From the NCBI GenBank assembly GCA_002424605.1, contig DIKQ01000002.1:23483-87482 (forward strand): 64,000 bases of DNA, in the 5' to 3' direction. The DNA comes from Cloacimonetes bacterium UBA5614 (lineage in GTDB: Bacteria; Cloacimonadota; Cloacimonadia; Cloacimonadales; Cloacimonadaceae). Positions within the stretch are counted from its first letter, which is position 1; each line of letters starts with the position of its first letter. This document shows, piece after piece, positions 55,165 to 64,000 of the stretch. Position numbers and translations under genes: made by a program. The notes under the pieces were generated by a model. The model was not told the DNA's origin and made no database searches. It was given only the letters and a program-made list of their open reading frames with translations.

Positions 55165-55893
55165 ATGAGTTACCTAGTTTATATCGTAGATGACGAGCCG
55201 GACATTCTGGAACTGGTGGAGCTAAACCTCACCAAGGCGGGATTTCTGACTGAGACTTTTGAAAGAGCCGAGTTAATGGTGCGCGCTCTTGCCAATAAGG
55301 TGCCGGATTTACTGGTGCTGGACCTGATGCTTCCGGATGCAGACGGTATGGAAGTTTGCCGCAAGCTGCGCGAGCAGGACAAATACCGCAAGCTGCCGAT
55401 AGTGATGCTCACGGCAAAAGTAGCCCTGGATGACAGGATTCAGGGATTGGACTATGGCGCGGATGACTATATCACCAAACCCTTCTCACCCCAGGAACTG
55501 GTAGCCCGCATCAAAGCTGTGCTGCGCAGGGCGGAGTGGGAAACCTTTAACAAAGTACTGAACATCGATGCAGGGCTGCAGATTGACTTCAACAAGTTTG
55601 AGGTTTATGTGGACAATGCCAAAGCCGACCTTACCCTGACCGAGTTCAAGATTCTGCAACTGCTCACCAAGCGTCCCGGGTGGGTCTATAACCGTCAGCA
55701 GATACTGGATTTCCTCTGGGGCAACGATAAGATTGTAATAGACAGGACCGTGGATGTGCATGTGAAGCATCTGCGTGCAAAGCTGGGCAGGTTTGCCGGC
55801 TTTATCCGCAACCTGCGCGGCGTGGGCTACAAGTTTGAGCCGGATGCTGATAATAAACCAAAAGAGAATATGGACAGCCATGATAAACAATAA
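55165..55893 (+). CDS. phoB: OmpR-family phosphate-regulon response regulator
   Basis: REC domain (VYIVDDEP, LVLDLMLPD, MLTAK) plus a winged-helix C-terminus (RGVGYKF). Confidence 0.85.
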   Translation: MSYLVYIVDDEPDILELVELNLTKAGFLTETFERAELMVRALANKVPDLLVLDLMLPDADGMEVCRKLREQDKYRKLPIVMLTAKVALDDRIQGLDYGADDYITKPFSPQELVARIKAVLRRAEWETFNKVLNIDAGLQIDFNKFEVYVDNAKADLTLTEFKILQLLTKRPGWVYNRQQILDFLWGNDKIVIDRTVDVHVKHLRAKLGRFAGFIRNLRGVGYKFEPDADNKPKENMDSHDKQ

Positions 55894-57196
55894 TCTCTTC
55901 CTCACCCTGATAATCTACTTTCTCGTCACCTGCCTGAGCGTGGTGGCGGTCATTCTGCTGGGGCATGTATATCTATTGTTTCTGCCCCTGGTCATCTCAT
56001 TTATCTTTACCCTGATGATTATCTCCCGCATCGACAAATCCATCTTTGAGATGACGGATGTCCTGCTCAAAGCCAGCCGGGGTGACTTCAGTGGCAGATA
56101 CAAAGCCCGCATTGACTGGGAAATCGAACCGCTGGGACTGGCAATCAACGACCTGCTGGAAAACTTTACCCATCTGGTGCAGGACTTCAAAGCCGACCGC
56201 GAAGAGCTCAAGATACTTTTGGACAACATCAGCGAAGCGCTCTGGATTCAGAACAAAGATGGCAACCTGCTGTGGACCAGTCATGGTTTCGGCGAGCTAT
56301 TTACAAACTATACTCCCCATTCCGGACAGCGTTACTGGGAAGTAATCCTGGAACCGGGACTGCTGGATTATGTGAAAGAAGTGGTTGCCAATCCTGATGT
56401 GCAAATCCGCGAGATTGTTATCGACCACAATTTTTACCTGGCAAAGGGCATCCGCAACTCCAACAACGACACCCACGTCTTTATCCTGCAGAGCATTGAC
56501 CTGCTGAAGCAGACCGAGCAGATGAAGAAAGACTTTATGATAAACCTTGCCCACGAACTCCGCACCCCATTGACTGCTATCAAAGGTTTTGCAGAAGCGG
56601 TTTCCGAAACTGCCGCCAAGGACAATCTGCGCTATCTGAACATCATCAGGAACCACACAGACCGCCTGATAAGCCTGGTTAGCGACCTGCAGACCCTGGC
56701 TGGACTGGAGCGGTTACCCCAGCTCAATCTGGTGCCCATCAACCTCGTCACTTTCCTCGAAAACGTCAAAGCCCTTTACCAGCACACCCTGGATGAACGC
56801 GGACTCTACCTTGTGATTGAGAACTGCGAAGATGCACCCCGCCTCAGGGTGGACCCTTTTAAGTTTGAGCAGATTTTCATAAACCTGATTGATAATGCCC
56901 TGCGTTACACCGAATCCGGCGGCATCACCCTTCACCTGTCAGCAAGTGAACAACAGGTGGGCATCAAGGTTTGCGACACCGGAAAGGGTATCGAGCCGGA
57001 GCACCTGCCCAGGATTTTTGAGCGTTTTTATGTGGCGGACCCTTCGCGAAACCGGAGCATCAGCGGGACAGGACTGGGGCTGGCAATCGTCAAGCATGCC
57101 GTTCTGCTCCATCAGGGCACGATTGAAGTAAAGAGCGAACCCGGCAAGGGTACCTGTTTCAGTCTGCTGTTCCCTGCCGATAAATCTGTTCAATGA
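55880..57196 (+). CDS. phoR: Phosphate-regulon sensor histidine kinase
   Basis: Two N-terminal TM helices, HAMP/PAS-like region, H-box LAHELRTPLT, DTGKGI and GTGLGLAIV. ATG 55880 overlaps the phoB end. Confidence 0.85.
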   Translation: MINNNLFLTLIIYFLVTCLSVVAVILLGHVYLLFLPLVISFIFTLMIISRIDKSIFEMTDVLLKASRGDFSGRYKARIDWEIEPLGLAINDLLENFTHLVQDFKADREELKILLDNISEALWIQNKDGNLLWTSHGFGELFTNYTPHSGQRYWEVILEPGLLDYVKEVVANPDVQIREIVIDHNFYLAKGIRNSNNDTHVFILQSIDLLKQTEQMKKDFMINLAHELRTPLTAIKGFAEAVSETAAKDNLRYLNIIRNHTDRLISLVSDLQTLAGLERLPQLNLVPINLVTFLENVKALYQHTLDERGLYLVIENCEDAPRLRVDPFKFEQIFINLIDNALRYTESGGITLHLSASEQQVGIKVCDTGKGIEPEHLPRIFERFYVADPSRNRSISGTGLGLAIVKHAVLLHQGTIEVKSEPGKGTCFSLLFPADKSVQ

Positions 57197-57690
57197 TTCC
57201 TGCCCCGGACTTTTCCAATCCTGACCGGATTATCAGCGAATACAAACCGCTTGTGCAGTTCTTTGCCCGCAAATATTCCGGTTGCGGACTCAGCCGGGAG
57301 GATTTGGAACAGGAAGGAATGCTGGGATTGCTGGAAGCCTGCCAAAGATTTGACCCCGTCAAGAACGTTCGCTTTGAAACCTATGCTTCCCACTGGGTAA
57401 AAAAATACATCCTGCAAGCCCTGGGCAGGGAATCCAAACACTCTTACAATGCTGTGGAACTGGACGAGACAGCCCTTGCCGACAAATCTGCCAAGCCCGA
57501 AAGTCCGGAGACTCAGAAACTGGCTCTGCCTTCCGATATGCCAGAACTGGAACGGCGCATCCTCACCCTGAGCTTTGAACAGAATAAAACCACCCGCGAC
57601 ATCGCTGCGGAATGCAATATCAGCCAGGAAAAAGTCCGCCAGACCAGGGATAAAGCCCTGCGGCGCCTGCGCAAATCCAGCTCCTCATAA
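57193..57690 (+). CDS. Compact sigma-70-family sigma factor (regions 2 and 4 only)
   Basis: Region 2 has DLEQEGMLGLLEACQRFDP...FETYASHWVKKYI. Region 4 HTH is TTRDIAAECNISQEKVRQTRDKALRRLR. ATGA overlap with phoR. Confidence 0.8.
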   Translation: MIPAPDFSNPDRIISEYKPLVQFFARKYSGCGLSREDLEQEGMLGLLEACQRFDPVKNVRFETYASHWVKKYILQALGRESKHSYNAVELDETALADKSAKPESPETQKLALPSDMPELERRILTLSFEQNKTTRDIAAECNISQEKVRQTRDKALRRLRKSSSS

Positions 57691-57850
57691 GCCCTCTTAC
57701 TCTGCTGACTCCCCTCTCATCAATATTTGGCTTGTATCCTATACCCTCCACTTTTAGTCATTAGCGGATAACCAAATCCGGCATTTTAGCTTATCTATCC
57801 TTGCTTCATCCCTGCTTCTTTCCCTCATCACACCATATACCAGACATAAA

Positions 57851-57894
57851 TCAAGCGTATATCAAGCGTATATTAAATACGCTTGATATACGCT
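57851..57894. repeat. Perfect 18-nt inverted repeat built from phased ATCAAGCGTAT 11-mers
   Basis: AGCGTATATCAAGCGTAT (57854-57871), loop ATTAA, then ATACGCTTGATATACGCT (57877-57894). Confidence 0.85.
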
Positions 57895-58124
57895 AGATAA
57901 TGGGATGAAACATAGCGTCAAAAGGGGTAGAAGCAGGCAAAAGCACAGGAGAAGGCGGGGAATCTGCCTGCCGCAACTTTGCACTTGACGGAATATGATT
58001 GTCAAAGCGATAAACCTCCAGACTGATATCTGAAATCAGGATACGGCGTTGTTAAGAGAATCCTGTATTCGCTGTAATGGAGCAGGATAACCTCTGGCAA
58101 GGCGGTAAAAGGAGTTTGCTTCAG

Positions 58125-58826
58125 ATGAAAAAACCCGTAATCGGACTGAGCATGAACTTTATGCAACTGGGCAGCTATCACCAGTTCCACATCCGCGACA
58201 AATATATTGATGCGGTTTATGAGCACGGCGGATTGCCAATGCCGGTGCCGACCCTGACCGATGCAGACGCTCTGAGGCAGTATATCGGGATGATTGACGG
58301 CCTTATCATCATTGGCGGGATGGATTATCCGCCCTCAATGTATGGTCAGGAACCTCACCCCAAGGCAGATATCATGCACGAAAGAAGGGCCATATCAGAC
58401 CCCCTGCTGGTGCAGCTCATCCTTGAAACAGACAAGCCGGTACTGGGTATTTGCGCCGGAATGCAGCTGCTCAATATCTGCGCCGGGGGAAAACTCATCC
58501 AGCATCTGGAAACGGTGGATAACCATCTGGGGGAAAAGTATCACGACATCAAACTTACTGAGAGCCGCTGGCTGTCTCAGATAGTGCCCGGAGATACCAT
58601 CACGGTAAATTCCAATCACCACCAGGGCATCGACCCGCAGTTTATCGGCAATGGATTTGCCGTGGTCGCCACAGCGGAAGACGGCGTGATTGAGGCGATG
58701 GAACTGGAAGGAAAACAGATGGTGCTTGCCATCCAGTGGCATCCGGAAAGGATTACAGATTTGGAGCACCGCAGGCGGATGTTTGATTTTTTCATAGGTA
58801 AATCAGGTTCATCAAAACATCAGTAA
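58125..58826 (+). CDS. Class I glutamine amidotransferase / gamma-glutamyl hydrolase (peptidase C26, PuuD-like)
   Basis: GICAGMQLLN nucleophile elbow and QWHPE motif. ATG 58125 follows AAAGGAG. Confidence 0.82.
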   Translation: MKKPVIGLSMNFMQLGSYHQFHIRDKYIDAVYEHGGLPMPVPTLTDADALRQYIGMIDGLIIIGGMDYPPSMYGQEPHPKADIMHERRAISDPLLVQLILETDKPVLGICAGMQLLNICAGGKLIQHLETVDNHLGEKYHDIKLTESRWLSQIVPGDTITVNSNHHQGIDPQFIGNGFAVVATAEDGVIEAMELEGKQMVLAIQWHPERITDLEHRRRMFDFFIGKSGSSKHQ

Positions 58827-58970
58827 AATTTCAATTGACGAGATGTTAGCGGTTCATATTTGGTGTTTCAAATCTAAAAAGGATTTCCGTAAAAATAGAT
58901 GATAAGTTTGAAGAAGCTCTCTATAAAACAATCCAAAGAATTAATCCATCCAAATAAAATAGCATGCTGA

Positions 58971-60344
<1,374 letters not shown>

Positions 60345-60382
60345 TCAATTAACTGCAGGTGTTTACCCTGCAAAAACTTATA

Positions 60383-60416
60383 GAGGCAGTGCCAAAACGG
60401 TGCTGCCTCATTTTTT
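60383..60416 (+). terminator. Rho-independent terminator after gdhA
   Basis: GAGGCAG ... CTGCCTC stem followed by ATTTTTT. Confidence 0.7.
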
Positions 60417-60544
60417 CATCAAATCCAGACATTTTTCTTGACTACATTCAGCAGATGATAAACCATACACTCAGTTAGTTTGATGACTTAATCGGGTTAT
60501 TTTAAAAGAAGATACAACCAATATTACAAGCGAGGATTCAATCC

Positions 60545-61261
60545 ATGAAGGACGTTTTCAAAAAGCTGTCGCATATTGACGCAGGAAAGGTGCTGGATGC
60601 TGCGACCGGACGGGGTGACTTCATAAACGTAATCAAGCAGAGTTTTAAATCATACAGCCAGATAATCGGCGTGGATAGCTCTGACACTGCAGTCAGGCAA
60701 GCGCAGAAGACGTTTCCTGAAAATGACATCGAGATATATCGGATGGAACTGGAAAACCTGTCTTATGCAGATGGCTACTTTGATACGGTTTGTATATCAA
60801 ATTCACTGCACCATCTGGAAAACAAAGACCAGGTCTTTGCCGAATTGCTGCGCGTCCTGAAGAAGGGCGGACTGATGATAGTAGTGGAAATGTACCGCGA
60901 CGGCAAGCAAAACCAGGCACAGCAGACGCATATAATGATGCATCATTGGTTTGCCAGGATTGATACCCTGAACAAGACTTACCACTGGGAAACATTCAAA
61001 AGAGACGACATTCTGGAACTGGTCAAAGCTCTTCCGCTCAAAGAAACAAGTTTTGAGGACTATTATATTCCCGTGGATAACCCCACTGAACCAAAATTAA
61101 TCGAACCTTTGATAAAGAATGTCCAGGACTGGATCAAGAAGTGTGAAAGCATCCCGGAAGCGGAATTCATCTGCTGCGAAGGGCAGAAAATAATTGAAAG
61201 AATAAAGACCATAGGATGTGTCAGCGCCAGCAGGCTGCTGATAACAGGCACTAAAAAATAG
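60545..61261 (+). CDS. Class I SAM-dependent methyltransferase
   Basis: Motif I VLDAATGRGDF and a Methyltransf_11-like core. Confidence 0.7.
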   Translation: MKDVFKKLSHIDAGKVLDAATGRGDFINVIKQSFKSYSQIIGVDSSDTAVRQAQKTFPENDIEIYRMELENLSYADGYFDTVCISNSLHHLENKDQVFAELLRVLKKGGLMIVVEMYRDGKQNQAQQTHIMMHHWFARIDTLNKTYHWETFKRDDILELVKALPLKETSFEDYYIPVDNPTEPKLIEPLIKNVQDWIKKCESIPEAEFICCEGQKIIERIKTIGCVSASRLLITGTKK

Positions 61262-61269
61262 AGGAAGAC

Positions 61270-62562
61270 ATGAGAAAGAAAGCAAAACCGGCTACCGAAG
61301 ATACACCCGTAGTCGAAGATTTATTTGAACTTACCCAACCCCAGCTCAATAAAATTGCCAAGGAATGCGAAATCCCCGGGATTGCGCAGATGAACAAACA
61401 GCAGACAATATTCAGTATCCTGGAATTCCGGGCTGGTCAGGAAGGACTCGCCTTTGTTACCGGTTGCCTGGAAATCATGGAAGACGGATTCGGGTTCCTG
61501 CGATTTCCCGCCAATAACTACAACCCAGGCAGGGATGATGTATATGTATCGCTCACCCAAATCCGGCGGTTTAACCTGAAAAAGGGCCATATGGTCTCCG
61601 GACCGGTGCGTTCCCCCAAGGAAGGGGAGAAATACTATGCCCTGCTGAGAGTGGAATCCATCAATTACTGCTCCCCGAACAGCACTCAGGATATGCGTCT
61701 CTTTGATGAGCTTACTCCCTACTACCCGACTGAAAGGCTCAACCTCGAATATGATGCAGGAAACTATTCCACCAGGATTATAAACATCTTTACCCCGATC
61801 GGAAAAGGGCAGCGCGGCCTGATTGTGGCAGCACCCAGGACCGGTAAAACCACTCTTCTGCAGGACACAGCCAACGCTATTCTGACCAATCATCCTGAAG
61901 TGCACCTGATTGTGCTGCTGGTGGATGAACGTCCGGAAGAAGTGACTGAGATGAAAAAGATTCTGCGTCCGGGCAACAAGGAAGTCATCAGCTCCACTTT
62001 TGACGAGTCTCCCCGCAACCACACCAACGTTGCTGAGATGGTTCTGGAAAAAGCCAAGCGCATGGTGGAAATGAACCAGGACGTGGTCATAGTGCTGGAT
62101 AGCATTACCCGTCTGGCACGCGCATACAACAGCGTGATGCCTTCCAGCGGCAAGGTGCTCTCCGGCGGTATTGACGCCAACGGCCTCATCAAGCCCAAGA
62201 AGTTCTTCGGTTCCGCCCGTAACACCGAGGAGTCCGGAAGCCTTACCATAATCGCCACTGCCCTGATTGACACAGGCAGCAAGATGGACCAGGTTATCTT
62301 TGAGGAATTCAAAGGCACCGGTAATATGGAACTCCAGCTTGACAGAAGCATCTCTGATATGAGACTCTATCCTGCCATAGACCTGGTCAAATCAGGCACC
62401 CGCAGGGAAGAACTGCTGCTCACCCAGAACGAGATCAACCGAATGTATGTTCTGCGTAAATATCTGAAGACTATCAGTCCCATTCAGGGTATTGAGATGC
62501 TGCGTAAGAAGATGGCAGTCACCAAGACTAATGATGACCTTCTGAACACCATGAGCAATTAG
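61270..62562 (+). CDS. rho: Transcription termination factor Rho
   Basis: N-terminal RNA-binding domain (GFGFLR), Walker [10 protein letters not shown], full-length pattern. Confidence 0.95.
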   Translation: MRKKAKPATEDTPVVEDLFELTQPQLNKIAKECEIPGIAQMNKQQTIFSILEFRAGQEGLAFVTGCLEIMEDGFGFLRFPANNYNPGRDDVYVSLTQIRRFNLKKGHMVSGPVRSPKEGEKYYALLRVESINYCSPNSTQDMRLFDELTPYYPTERLNLEYDAGNYSTRIINIFTPIGKGQRGLIVAAPRTGKTTLLQDTANAILTNHPEVHLIVLLVDERPEEVTEMKKILRPGNKEVISSTFDESPRNHTNVAEMVLEKAKRMVEMNQDVVIVLDSITRLARAYNSVMPSSGKVLSGGIDANGLIKPKKFFGSARNTEESGSLTIIATALIDTGSKMDQVIFEEFKGTGNMELQLDRSISDMRLYPAIDLVKSGTRREELLLTQNEINRMYVLRKYLKTISPIQGIEMLRKKMAVTKTNDDLLNTMSN

Positions 62563-62574
62563 TTTATCGTATAA

Positions 62575-63804
62575 ATGGAAATTACAGCGCCAGCCGGCAA
62601 CCTTGAAAAGTTGCAGTATGCTCTTGCCTACAATGCCGATGCCGTCTATCTGGCGGGTCAGCAGTTCGGGCTCAGGGCATTTGCGGGTAATTTTAGCACA
62701 GACGAGCTCAGGCTGGGCGTTGAACATGCACATGCCTTGGGTAGAAAAGCTTATCTTACCCTGAATGTTTTTTCCGGAAATGCCGATATTGAAGCCTTGC
62801 CGGAATACCTCCAGGAAATCTCCAAGACCCCTTTTGATGCAGTCATAGTATCTGAACCCGGCACTTTGGCCATAGTCAGAAAACACACTGCATTTCCGGT
62901 TCATCTCAGCACCCAGGCCAATACCACCAACTACCAGGCAGTAAAATTCTGGCAGGAACAGGGCATCAGCCGTGTAATACTGGCAAGGGAGGTTTCTTAT
63001 GCCGAGATGCTGGAAATCAGGCAAAGGGTGCCCGAAATTGAGCTGGAAGCCTTTATTCACGGCGCTATGTGCATGGCATGGTCAGGCAGGTGCCTGATGA
63101 GTGCTTTGCTTAACGACAGGAGCGCCAATATGGGTGAATGCACGCATCCCTGCCGTTGGGAATGGAACCTGACAGAGCCCACCCGCCCGGGGCAGGAATT
63201 TACCATAGAAGAGGATGCGCGCGGCAGTTACCTGATGCACTCCAAAGACCTTTGCCTTCTGCGTGAAATGCCGCTGCTGGCTGCTTCCGGCATTGCTGCC
63301 GGCAAGATAGAAGGCAGGATGAAGAGCACATATTATACTGCCCTGATGAGCCGGACCTATCATGAGGCAAAGACCCTGCAGGCAACAGATCAACGGGCAT
63401 GGCAGATTTTGGCGGAAGAAGTGTGCAAGGTAAACCATCGCCCCTATTTTCCGGGGTTCTTCTATTCCGGAGATGAAGCGGTTCTGCTAAGTAAAATGCC
63501 TGACATCAATCTTGGTGATTACAATATTGACTGGCAATACTGCGGCAAGACCCTCAGGGCAGAAAACGGTTTGCTGTGGTTTGACTGCCTCTCCAAAATC
63601 TCGACCGGAGACACTGTCCAGGTGATTTATCCTGACAGACTGATGGATGTAACTTTTACGGCAGACAGAATATATGACGAGGAAAGTAACCTCGTCTCCC
63701 TGACCAAGCCCAACCGCAGCTTTGCTTTCCCGCTGGAAAACTGCAGCGCTGAATGGGGTCTGGTGAGAAAGCTGGAAAAAGGAAGCATTAAAGACGATGC
63801 ATAA
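62575..63804 (+). CDS. Peptidase U32 family protein
   Basis: MEITAPAGNLEKLQYALAYNADAVYL N-terminus and the Cys-rich CMAWSGRCLMS...CTHPCRW segment typical of U32. Confidence 0.85.
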   Translation: MEITAPAGNLEKLQYALAYNADAVYLAGQQFGLRAFAGNFSTDELRLGVEHAHALGRKAYLTLNVFSGNADIEALPEYLQEISKTPFDAVIVSEPGTLAIVRKHTAFPVHLSTQANTTNYQAVKFWQEQGISRVILAREVSYAEMLEIRQRVPEIELEAFIHGAMCMAWSGRCLMSALLNDRSANMGECTHPCRWEWNLTEPTRPGQEFTIEEDARGSYLMHSKDLCLLREMPLLAASGIAAGKIEGRMKSTYYTALMSRTYHEAKTLQATDQRAWQILAEEVCKVNHRPYFPGFFYSGDEAVLLSKMPDINLGDYNIDWQYCGKTLRAENGLLWFDCLSKISTGDTVQVIYPDRLMDVTFTADRIYDEESNLVSLTKPNRSFAFPLENCSAEWGLVRKLEKGSIKDDA

Positions 63805-64000
63805 AAAAGCAATTACCACTGTAGTGCTCATTGTGCTTCTTTGCAGCTTTGCCTGCCTGGCGATGGCTGCCAGAGCCGAAATCCAGGCATTAATCAATGC
63901 TTATGAAAAAGGCGACCCGGAGAAAAGCAGAACCCTGCTAATGAGGATAAATCCTGAAAACGCGGAGGAAAGGGCAACTGTTCAATACTATCAGGCATTG
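63797..64000 (+). CDS. Secreted protein, N-terminal 68 aa only (runs off the window)
   Basis: Hand translation gives MHKKAITTVVLIVLLCSFACLAMAARAEIQALINAYEKGDPEKS... The frame is open to the window end and the ATG overlaps the U32 stop. Confidence 0.5.
   Translation, partial: MHKKAITTVVLIVLLCSFACLAMAARAEIQALINAYEKGDPEKSRTLLMRINPENAEERATVQYYQAL

Overview
This 64-kb bacterial chromosomal window holds about 55 protein-coding genes. By eye I found no rRNA, tRNA, CRISPR array, transposase or integrase.

Gene content includes buk, gdhA, T9SS/FlgD-Ig-type C-terminal sorting domains and many secreted beta-helix proteins. This suggests an anaerobic, amino-acid-fermenting member of the FCB-group or Cloacimonadota-like lineages. 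That placement is inference only.

Housekeeping content:
- fusA 3' end and a MacAB-like efflux operon
- prmC, murA, pyrR-pyrF, dCMP deaminase, aroA, buk
- trmH-family gene, tdk, yggT-divIVA-punA, dksA-like gene with lspA, rsmA
- a porin-pstSCAB-phoU operon divergent from phoB-phoR-sigma factor
- gdhA, rho and a U32 peptidase

The standout region is 4.7-24.3 kb, a tandem segmental duplication of about 11 kb.
- Each unit ends in a ~2140-aa secreted protein with a signal peptide, a papain-like cysteine peptidase, a long beta-helix and a C-terminal FN3 domain.
- Unit 2 is complete: a cytoplasmic TPR histidine kinase, an NtrC-type sigma-54 enhancer-binding protein, a pseudo-receiver and the giant ORF.
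- Unit 1 keeps only fossils of the regulators.
- Both giant genes sit behind a conserved non-coding block with a sigma-54-like -24/-12 element.
- All three unit boundaries carry the same modular palindromic repeat built from phased 11-nt modules.
- The paralogs are mosaics of near-identical and strongly diverged blocks, which looks like gene conversion.
- A STAS plus REC-RsbW-like partner-switching pair follows directly.

Other notable non-coding signals:
- a phased cluster of five DnaA boxes at about 35.15-35.25 kb
- several further palindromes built from phased 11-mers
- PhoP-type Pho-box arrays
- a 58-aa zinc-ribbon ORF missing from the ORF track

All functional calls rest on motif recognition by eye. 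No database search was run.
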